A DNA stretch of 64,000 nt, taken from assembly GCA_050575255.1 (NCBI GenBank), contig JBNZDD010013498.1, forward strand, positions 528,319 to 592,318, given 5' to 3'. The DNA comes from Harriotta raleighana. Its lineage: Eukaryota. The position numbers and the translations under genes are program-made. How positions within the stretch are numbered: the first letter of the stretch is position 1; each line of letters begins with the position of its first letter. Shown here piece by piece: positions 1 to 9,218 of this stretch. The notes under the pieces are model-generated. The model searched no databases. It was not told the origin of the DNA and saw nothing but the letters and a program-made list of their open reading frames with translations.

Positions 1-125
1 CCCCCCCCCCTCGCCCTGAACATTTCCCCCTGCTCGGGTCTTAAACCAACTGTCCAGCGCCTTGGGACGTCCTCCTGACGTGAAATACGCTCTATAAATG
101 CAATTTTGTTGTTGTTGTTGTTGTT
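1..125 (+). mobile_element. L2 LINE 3' UTR and tail (cut by window start)
   Basis: C-rich UTR, then cagcgccttgggacgtcctcctgacgtgaaa...ctataaatgcaatttt and a (GTT)n tail; the same tail is attached to L2 ORF2 at 40154-40468. Confidence 0.8.
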
Positions 126-257
126 ACAGAATATTCTGTGAAGCGCTTTGAGACATCTACAAAAGGAAGAATAAACCATCTCCCCTGTCACCTGGCACCC
201 CCAGAACATTTTATTCAAACATTTTGCTATATCAAATTCAAGGATTATTATTATTAG
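126..257 (+). mobile_element. tRNA-SINE (family A) 3' tail fragment with internal insertion
   Basis: atattctgtgaagcgctttgagacatct ... gctatatcaaattcaaggattattatta matches the tail of full copies at 8625 and 27071. Confidence 0.7.
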
Positions 258-644
258 TATTACTCTTTGGATCAGGGTGAAGTGGCAGAAGATTTGTCCA
301 TACCTCTGGTCTATCTGTCCCTTTGGTCTTCCCTTTCCTGGGAGGAAATGGTTAACCTCTGCTTGATTGCTTCCTACCACAATTGGCTCTAATTGTGAGT
401 TTGTATCTTATGCCTCTGAACCACAAGAGAGATAACGGCATTACATGATGTTGTGGCACAAAACAAAACAGGCGTTTCAAATGATATTCTTGATTAGAAT
501 CCATAACCTACCCACACATAAAAAACACAAGACTTATGATGAGCTAAATAACCAAATAGCTATCACAGGAAATTTCCTCCCATCAACTTTTGTAAGGGAA
601 AGGACAAGGTGAGAGAGAGAGAGAAGGAAGACATGAAGTAGGAT

Positions 645-801
645 TCCCATATTTTTGGTAAGTCAGGATATTAAGGGTTATGAGGAGAAAGCGGGAAATT
701 GGAATTGAATGGATTAGTTGAGCTACAGATCAGCCATGATCTAATTAAATGGTGGAACAGGCTCGCAGGGCTGAATGGCCTATTCCTGTTTCTCCATTCC
801 T
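645..801 (+). mobile_element. CR1 LINE 3' end (older subfamily)
   Basis: KGYEEKAGNW-like ORF2 end, then gatcagccatgatct...aacaggctcgcagggctgaatggcctattcctg UTR; same type at 45030, 48914 and 63800. Confidence 0.8.
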
Positions 802-804
802 AAA

Positions 805-1000
805 TCCTATTCTTGTTTCTTGATCCAGTGATTGCTATAGAAAAGTGACGATATATGTGTGTGTGTGTGTGTGGGATGTCCTCCTGACGTGAAAGGTGCT
901 ATACAAATGTAATTGTGTTGATATTGTTATGTATGTGTGTGTGAGAGAAAAGCAAAATCAAGCTCAACTGTGCAGTCGAATAACCTGCTGACACTCACTG
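805..1000 (+). mobile_element. Ancient AmnSINE2-like SINE fragment, interrupted by an L2 tail
   Basis: atccagtga...gaaaagtg..tgtgtg and gtcgaataacctgctgacactcactg blocks, collinear with copies at 17266 and 38608. Confidence 0.5.
873..929 (+). mobile_element. L2 tail-only insertion in a (TG)n tract
   Basis: gggatgtcctcctgacgtgaaaggtgctatacaaatgtaatt, flanked on both sides by tatgtgtgtgtg. Confidence 0.75.
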
Positions 1001-1081
1001 AGTTGGAAAGGTATTCATTTCAGATTGGTAGAAGAAGATGAAGAATAACCTTTGTATGAGGTACCACAGAGAAGCTGGTAC

Positions 1082-1329
1082 AAATAGCACTGTACCACAG
1101 ACCATAAAGAAAATGAAAGTCTTAAAAAATGAGGAGCACTTATCAATTGTTTTCTTCTGATTCAGACATGTCTGACACTGACATGCTAAGCATGTACCAC
1201 AGTNCAATAGCACTGTACCACAGCAGACCATAAAGAAAATGAAAGTCTTAAAAAATGAGGAGCACTTATCAATTGTTTTCTTCTGATTCAGACATGTCTG
1301 ACACTGACATGCTAAGCATGTACCACAGT
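1082..1329. repeat. ~122-bp tandem duplicate across a single N (1204); probable assembly artefact
   Basis: 1083-1203 is nearly identical to 1206-1329. Confidence 0.85.
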
Positions 1330-2855
1330 GCATACATCTGCTTTGCTTATTTGCCTACTATTAATTTAGCATCCTTCAGTTGTCAAAGTTGTATTTCAGC
1401 ACATGATATTAAAAGCAGACCCATGCATCCATGAAAGCAAATGGCATTCACAAAAAAGAGTTATATCCCACATCACATAACACAACTGTTGCCAAAAAAA
1501 AGCATACTGTAGTGTATTGCATACTAATTTGAATACACTATATTTGGAAAAGCTTCTTGTACCAGGGAAAGTAATCAGGGTGACTTCAGGTTGAATGTTT
1601 ACCTCCTGGACAATCTTACACCCAATTTTACATCAATGGTAAGAACACAATATTATTCATAACCTAATAGATGCTAAGCAGATATTTGCACCCAGACTCA
1701 AACATCATTCAAAAATCAAGCTTCAGGAACTCACCATGTCCTATTCACACAACTAAGAACAGCAATTAAAAAATTATTCCAATGCTCTTTTTCCTCCCAT
1801 TCTGCCTGCTAGAGTGCTTTCTCTTTTAAAAAGCAATTGGAGGGTTTAAAAATATGTCATTATGACAGTTTCCTAATGAAATGATAAAATCTCGAAGGCT
1901 TCAAAGAACAAAGGCAATTCAGAAATTAATATTTGTTTCCCAGCTTTGTAAGTAATGTGATTAAAATGTTGAAGGCATAGCAAGATGTCCCTGTGCTCCC
2001 TGACAGCTGTCAGAACTATTGAACAGCCTCATACAGCTGAGGAAAGCTTTATTAGTAAACTGTTCTGTTGTGTCATGGAGGCAATTTCTCCATTTCACAG
2101 AAGCACATCTGTTGCCATATTTGCGGCCGTTTTTCCTTCAACACTGACAAAGGCAAAGATTTTATGGCAACACAAAGGCAATTTTTTTTCTATGAACAAG
2201 AACATCTGGTCCATGTTTTTTTTGCTATTAAATAGTTGCTTTTGTTACAGTGCAAATGAAGTAGAAAATACATTATTCAATGAATGACTGAAGCAAAGAG
2301 TGCATAGGATGTTTCCCTGTAGTATTGCAGCCATCATACCACTCATTTCACATGCAGGTTGGCAACTGAGTGCAATTTTTGATTTTTTTTTGCAACTAAA
2401 CCTGATTTATAATGTAGTTTTTATTTACTTATGAGATGTTCCTCTGCAGGCTTTGAGTGAAGGATGGACCTTTATATTTGACAGTCTAAGAGGTGATACC
2501 TGCCTGGCTCAATTCTTTTTCTGTGGATATTTGGTTTCAAAAAGACAAGTTCAATTGTGAGTGATACAGATAAATGAATGCTTCGGTAACCGAATCAACA
2601 CTTGTGAACACAAAGGCAAAATTTGAGATCTACAAAATGCAAAGGATAGTGAAAATATGTAGAAGGAGAATGACAGACAACAGTACAATAAAATGTTGAC
2701 TTTGAGATTATTTTTATTATTGCTATAGTTTTGTGTCTCTAGTTTGCTGGGTGCAATTTTGGCACCATTATTTCATACCTTTGGGTATAGAAATGTGGTT
2801 ACATTTAAAACAAACATTACAAACCAATCTTCACCCAGAACCTGCTTCTTCAACA

Positions 2856-2918
2856 ACTTGGGACTTCCGCCCGATGAGAAAGACGCTATACAAATGTAAT
2901 TTTGTTCTTGTTGTTGTT
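2856..2918 (+). mobile_element. L2 tail-only insertion (decayed)
   Basis: cttgggacttccgcccgatgagaaagacgctatacaaatgtaattttgttcttgttgttg. Confidence 0.7.
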
Positions 2919-3930
2919 CTACCTTGCTCTATTATACAGTTATACACTTATATAAATGTCATTTTGATTGATTGATTATACATGACCAAAGCAACAGTCA
3001 GTTTTATCAACAGTGGTCCAGAAGTTTTTCCTTCCATCATAAATAGCTCCCCTCATACAAAACATCACCCTCCCCTCCATCACACACACGCCCCCCTCTA
3101 TAGTATAAGAACCTTAGTCTTCAAAAAAATGAAAATCAAATATAATACTACTACTGTAACCAGCAAAAAAAAAGACATAGCTGCAAAATGTATCTTGTAA
3201 GTTGGCCCTGACTGAATGTAAATGGACAGGCCAGCCAGCTCATTAAAGGCATATCTGTGTTTGGCTGTGTGTCCTCTACTTACAGTGAGCACAATACTTT
3301 TGTAGTTTTGTTAGCAGTGTAAGTAATGCATTACATTTTCTAAGAAATGTTGATCTTGGACAAACAATCTGAACTGATTAATTTGAACGCACCATATGTT
3401 ATTCTTTATACATTGAGATTACAGTAGTATCCAAACCTATTCTGCTAAGAGAGAGGAAATATTTTCCTTCAAATTGAAACCGACATTAAGATTGGTGTGA
3501 ATGTTAACAGAGGAGTAATCTTTCAGATTAGGCACAATGGCAGCTACTCTCATCCTTGTCCGTAAATTTACCAACCTCTTGGAATGCATTTGTAAGTGGA
3601 AATCTCCTTATAAAAGTACAGATCGTCAAATTCACTGGGAAAAAAGAAAGCATAACCTGTAAGATACCGTCAGAATGAAAATAAAGTGGTGACTGAAATG
3701 CTATGTGTTCAGGACCAGGAAGCTGGAAAATAAGTAATTAAGGAAGAAATCAGCATGAAAGGCCTGTACGAAAATCGATGGAATGTAATTGAGCAACCAT
3801 TTCTCAAGTGAAGTGTGTGGGCTGGGGTGATGTGCTTAGCAAGCAGCAAATGATAGGGTTTCAATCCTGCAGCAGTCTTTGTACATCTGTATTGGTTACA
3901 AATCTGGTCAGTTACTAAAAGGACTAAAAG

Positions 3931-4400
3931 TTACTAAGGATTGAGGGACTTCACCTATGAGGAAAGGCTAGATAGGCTAGGGTTATTCTCTCTAGAACAG
4001 AGAAGATTGAGGGGAGACCTAATAGAGGTTTATAAGATCATGAGGGGTTTCGACAGGGCAAATAGAGAAAAACTATTTCCACTCGTGGGCGAATCTGTGA
4101 CTCGTGGTCACAGATTTAAAATAGTTTCAAAGCGAAGTAGAGGGGAGCTGAGGAGAAATGTTTTCACTCAGCGAGTTGTTCGAATCTGGAATGCATTGCC
4201 TGAAAAGGTGGTGGAGGCTGATTCGATAACAGCTTTTAAAAGGGAATTAGATCTTTATTTAGGGAGAACAGGTCTATTAGGCTATGGGGAGTGAGCAGGG
4301 CAGTGGGATTAAATCACTCTTTTCAAAGAGCCGGCACAGACTAGATGGGCCGAATGGCCTCCTTTTGTGCCGTAAACTTCTATGAATCTATGAATCTATG
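3931..4400 (+). mobile_element. Young CR1 LINE, 5'-truncated (ORF2 C-terminus and 3' UTR)
   Basis: ORF 3941-4294 YEERLDRLGLFSLEQRRLRGDLIEVYKIM...FTQRVVRIWNALP is the canonical CR1 ORF2 end; (AATCTATG)n tail. Confidence 0.95.
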
Positions 4401-5142
4401 TTATGAAGAGCAATGAATGTGTTGTTTTAAAAAAAATACAAGTCCTACTATGCTTCTGTGTAACAAGATGGAAGCTCTTAGTTGCTGTGCAATAATAGTG
4501 ATCGTTTCAAGGAAATAAACAAGTACACACCATAAAATCCGCTGCATAAAAGCCTTAGTCATAAAATTCACACCAAGTCTGGTGAAATCATAGTAACTCG
4601 CATCGATACAGAACTTGTATTACCAGGTTTGCAGTTCATGGAAACTTTTGTGACAAACGTGGAACAGTACTGTACACTAGATTATCTGGAAGATATAATT
4701 TAGTCAGCAGCATTTTTTTACCTCTTCCAAGAGAGATGATTCGGAGCGTATTTGCCTGTGCAGAATTTTGTGATTCATCATGTTGCTACACTGCTGCTGA
4801 CAGTTCAGCATTGCTATGCTATCCATGGCGAACATCTGAAGCAAAACCTCTGAGAAAGCGAATGGTAACAATTCAACTTCATTTCAAACGTGTTTCTCTT
4901 TCAACACAGCCTCATGTGCCACATGCTAAACAGATAAGGGATTGGAGGACCAGAGAAGGGAGTTCAAGTACAATTTCCCAGTTATGTTTTAGATTGGAGG
5001 ACATATAATTGCAGTCACTTACCTTAAATACATTTTTACTATCTTTACCCTTTCTCTCCCCCACCCTTCATCACCTCTACAACAAAGGTGCTGATTTGCT
5101 TGGGTGCAACACATAGGCATTTGCCAACAGTGTCTCTGGTAC

Positions 5143-5300
5143 TATTAATAATCCTTGCCTATGATGCAGCATCTTATCACATCTTTGAGACGTCTCACAG
5201 CGCTTCACAGAATCAACTGTAAAGTGAATTGACTGTATATTTTGTGGGCCATTTGCCCACAGCAGAGTCCTACAAACAATCATGCATTGAGTGACCAATT
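5143..5300 (-). mobile_element. tRNA-SINE family A, 3' half (duplicated at 6844-7001)
   Basis: aataatccttgc...agcgcttcacagaa..actgtaaagtgaattgactgtata. Confidence 0.8.
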
Positions 5301-5412
5301 TATTCTTTATTATTTTCTTTGAAGTCATGTCAAAGCTTGCATACTTCTCAGCAGAAATCAAAGGATAAGAACCAGGATGGGAAAACCTGCCTGATTTGTC
5401 TCCCTTCCTAAA

Positions 5413-5860
5413 NNNNNNNNNNNNNNNNNNNNNNNNNNNNNNNNNNNNNNNNNNNNNNNNNNNNNNNNNNNNNNNNNNNNNNNNNNNNNNNNNNNNNNNN
5501 NNNNNNNNNNNNNNNNNNNNNNNNNNNNNNNNNNNNNNNNNNNNNNNNNNNNNNNNNNNNNNNNNNNNNNNNNNNNNNNNNNNNNNNNNNNNNNNNNNNN
5601 NNNNNNNNNNNNNNNNNNNNNNNNNNNNNNNNNNNNNNNNNNNNNNNNNNNNNNNNNNNNNNNNNNNNNNNNNNNNNNNNNNNNNNNNNNNNNNNNNNNN
5701 NNNNNNNNNNNNNNNNNNNNNNNNNNNNNNNNNNNNNNNNNNNNNNNNNNNNNNNNNNNNNNNNNNNNNNNNNNNNNNNNNNNNNNNNNNNNNNNNNNNN
5801 NNNNNNNNNNNNNNNNNNNNNNNNNNNNNNNNNNNNNNNNNNNNNNNNNNNNNNNNNNNN
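5413..5860. other. Assembly gap (448 N)
   Basis: Run of n. Confidence 1.
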
Positions 5861-6101
5861 TTTTTCACTCAGCGAGTTGTTCGAATCTGGAATGCATTGC
5901 CTGAAAAGGTGGTGGAGGCTGATTCGATAACAACTTTTAAAAGGGAATTAGATCTTTATTTAGGGAGAACAGGTCTATTAGGCTATGGGGAGTGAGCAGG
6001 GCAGTGGGATTAAATCACTCTTTTCAAAGAGCCGGCACAGACTAGATGGGCCGAATGGCCTCCTTTTGTGCCGTAAACTTCTATGAATCTATGAATCTAT
6101 G
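5861..6101 (+). mobile_element. CR1 3' end (duplicate of 4161-4400)
   Basis: FTQRVVRIWNALPEKVVEA, UTR and tail. Confidence 0.9.
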
Positions 6102-7276
6102 TTATGAAGAGCAATGAATGTGTTGTTTTAAAAAAAATACAAGTCCTACTATGCTTCTGTGTAACAAGATGGAAGCTCTTAGTTGCTGTGCAATAATAGT
6201 GATCGTTTCAAGGAAATAAACAAGTACACACCATAAAATCCGCTGCATAAAAGCCTTAGTCATAAAATTCACACCAAGTCTGGTGAAATCATAGTAACTC
6301 GCATCGATACAGAACTTGTATTACCAGGTTTGCAGTTCATGGAAACTTTTGTGACGAACGTGGAACAGTACTGTACACTAGATTATCTGGAAGATATAAT
6401 TTAGTCAGCAGCATTTTTTTACCTCTTCCAAGAGAGATGATTCGGAGCGTATTTGCCTGTGCAGAATTTTGTGATTCATCATGTTGCTACACTGCTGCTG
6501 ACAGTTCAGCATTGCTATGCTATCCATGGCGAACATCTGAAGCAAAACCTCTGAGAAAGCGAATGGTAACAATTCAACTTCATTTCAAACGTGTTTCTCT
6601 TTCAACACGGCCTCATGTGCCACATGCTAAACAGATAAGGGATTGGAGGACCAGAGAAGGGAGTTCAAGTACAATTTCCCAGTTATGTTTTAGATTGGAG
6701 GACATATAATTGCAGTCACTTACCTTAAATACATTTTTACTATCTTTACCCTTTCTCTCCCCCACCCTTCATCACCTCTACAACAAAGGTGCTGATTTGC
6801 TTGGGTGCAACACATAGGCATTTGCCAACAGTGTCTCTGGTATTATTAATAATCCTTGCCTATGATGCAGCATCTTATCACATCTTTGAGACGTCTCACA
6901 GCGCTTCACAGAATCAACTGTAAAGTGAATTGACTGTATATTTTGTGGGCCATTTGCCCACAGCAGAGTCCTACAAACAATCATGCATTGAGTGACCAAT
7001 TTATTCTTTATTATTTTCTTTGAAGTCATGTCAAAGCTTGCATACTTCTCAGCAGAAATCAAAGGATAAGAACCAGGATGGGAAAACCTGCCTGATTTGT
7101 CTCCCTTCCTAAACGAAGCGTTCTGAAAACAACCGTTGTTTCTAACTGATGCCTCAGCCGAGCTCAACTGTAAATTGCACTTCAACCTTCTTCTCCCTTG
7201 GTTTAATTCTGCACCAGTTGCGATCGAGACCAACGAGGGAGAAACTTTAAGAACTTCATCAACCATGTTAGACTTA

Positions 7277-7455
7277 CAACAGTAACAAATAACACATTGC
7301 AATTATAAACCACCTTTTGTGTCAGGAGAATGTTCCAAGGTGCTGGGCAGGAAAGGGTTAGAATCCGAGCTGGGGGTAGATATTAAGAAGGGTGGAGGAC
7401 AAGGGAGGTGGGGATGGGAGGCGTGATCAAAGAGGAAGTTCAGGTCTTCTTTAAG
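7277..7455 (-). mobile_element. L2 LINE 3' end (decayed)
   Basis: caaggtgctgg...ccgagctgggg and G-rich UTR, as at 40270-40400. Confidence 0.65.
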
Positions 7456-8382
7456 TGTTAGGTTCAGATGTTATCAATCCACTAGTTGAGAAGAGGAGGA
7501 ATGGTAAATTTTAATGTATATTTGTCTGTTTTCTTCAAAAGTGATATTGCAGACACGGGGATATCACTCATTTACCTCCGTAATCGAACAGTATGCAGAA
7601 AACGAAACCTTTTAAATCAACTGTCTGCCCTCTTTCAAACTGATGTCCTTGTCAGTTTACAAAAACATTAGCGTTCGGCTAACCAGACAGCTCTCATGAC
7701 TTGGGTGGATGGTGTGTCTGTCAAAATTGACTGGTTGACTGATTTTACATTTTCATGTATTGAATAAGAGTCTGATACATTTTAAGAATGGGTAATGTTG
7801 ATTTAATAGGTAATGTTGCACTAATAGGTACACTTAATTGTGAATTATTTAAAATGTTCTTGCTAGAATTAGATTTCACTTTTGGACACAATACAGTATT
7901 GTTTGGTTTGTCGATGCATTGGACGTGGATATATCTAATACCAAGGTATCCAATAATTCCTCTGAGCATTAATAGTTTCATCTATTGATTATCTTTCTGA
8001 ATCCAGTATCAAAGTGAGTAAATGTGGCAGATTCTATCAGTGTCGTCTGGAAATGCCTTTTCAGTGCTATAAAGTATTGGCACCAATGTACTGTATCTCA
8101 GTAAATGCTGTAGTTTGTTAAGAGCTGTTATACTTGGATCAGGATCTCTATAAACTGTTTAGAATGTTTATTTTTCGATACTGAAAATGTCCTCTCGGGG
8201 AAGGAGCTAAGTGCAGATGAGATGACACCAGTGAGATGTAATGACAGGCAGATCTGAAGCAATGCAGAGTATTATTTGTACTGTAATTGACTATTCTTGT
8301 CTGGCTCATCATTGACAATCTTTCAGGATTGTCTGAGCTGGACATGTACTATGTTGAGCTGTTATGAATCTCACCATATCTT

Positions 8383-8607
8383 ACCATAGGTTTACGGTTG
8401 TAAAGGGCAATTTCAAGAGGGTTATTAGGCAGTTTTTCTCTATTCAGTGATCAACTAGCAACTGGAATAGGTTGTCAGGGAGGCTGGCTAAAGCCAGCAC
8501 ACTGGTATCATTTGAAAAGCATCTTGACTGTAGGATTGGTATTCTGGAGACATGTAGTCAGATAGGCGAAATAGCCTTCTTCATCCAAATCAATTTTGTG
8601 ATTGTGA
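8383..8607 (+). mobile_element. Old CR1 3' end
   Basis: Degenerate HRF..VKG..RQFF...WNRL...FEKHLD-like stretch, then ataggcgaaatagccttct and a tgtgat tail. Confidence 0.6.
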
Positions 8608-8624
8608 TTTAGGAAGAACTCAAA

Positions 8625-8903
8625 GGAGGCCTGTAGCTCAGTGGTTAAAGCACTCGCCTTACAAGCGTGAGACATGTGTTCGAATCCAGGCAGATCAGGG
8701 CGAAACCTTGGGCATGTTTCTTATCTTTTTTAAATTGGTCATTTCAATCCACGATTGTTTGTGGGATACTGCTGTGCGTAATTGTCTGCCACGTTTCGCC
8801 CACAAGTACAGTCAATTCACTTTACAGTATATTCAATGAAACGCTTTGAGACATCTAGAAGATATGAAAAGCGCTATATGAAATGCAAGGATTATTATTA
8901 TTA
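8625..8903 (+). mobile_element. Full-length tRNA-derived SINE (family A: Pol III head, Deu-like body, L2-type tail, (ATT)n)
   Basis: A box tagctcagtgg, B box gttcgaatc, body tttgtgggatactgctgtgcg, tail gcaaggattattatta. Confidence 0.9.
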
Positions 8904-9001
8904 AAGGCAAGGTGGCTGCCCACACCTCTTGAAAGCAAAGTGTGTTTAATCTGGGGAAACCATAAGAGAACAGGGAGTGGGGAGCAAGTAAAAATAAAGC
9001 T

Positions 9002-9057
9002 CGCTGGGACGCTACCCTGTGTAAGGGGTGCTATATAAATGCAAGTTGTTCTTGTTG
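9002..9057 (+). mobile_element. L2-type tail-only insertion
   Basis: gctgggacg...gtgctatataaatgcaagttgttcttgttg. Confidence 0.6.
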
Positions 9058-9105
9058 AAAGGAAAAGTAGTATGACAATTTGGTAAGGGTACAATATTGC
9101 AGCAC

Positions 9106-9218
9106 TATAAATAATAATAATAATCCTTGCATTTGATATGGCACTTTTCGCATCTTATCAACGTCTCAAAGTGCTTCACAAAATATACTGTAAAGAGAAT
9201 TGACTGTATAATTGTGGG
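9106..9218 (-). mobile_element. SINE family A 3' tail
   Basis: aataataatccttgcatttgatat...aagtgcttcaca...aattgactgtat. Confidence 0.85.

Larger units (their letters stand above)
4161..7113. repeat. 1252-bp direct duplication (4161-5412 and 5862-7113) flanking an N gap; probable haplotype or assembly duplication
   Basis: Constant offset of 1701 bp; I see only 4 substitutions; both copies abut the gap. Confidence 0.9.

Noticed and set aside
995-1333. Cys-rich 112-aa ORF with an internal repeat
   Set aside because: The repeat comes from the N-linked duplication; no recognisable domain
5077-5995. Long ORFs of 199-263 aa
   Set aside because: Mostly X translated from the N gap; the rest is SINE or CR1 sequence
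4736-6709. Two copies of a 90-aa ORF (4736-5008 and 6437-6709) suggesting a duplicated gene
   Set aside because: Both lie in the gap-flanking duplication; no recognisable homology or gene structure
7791-7830. 18-bp tandem repeat ggtaatgttg..taata
   Set aside because: Two degenerate units; ordinary slippage
8625-8700. tRNA-Val(TAC)-like gene (also at 13532, 27300, 55204, 56515, 60900)
   Set aside because: Always fused to the SINE body, imperfect T and acceptor stems, copies diverge from one another; these are SINE heads
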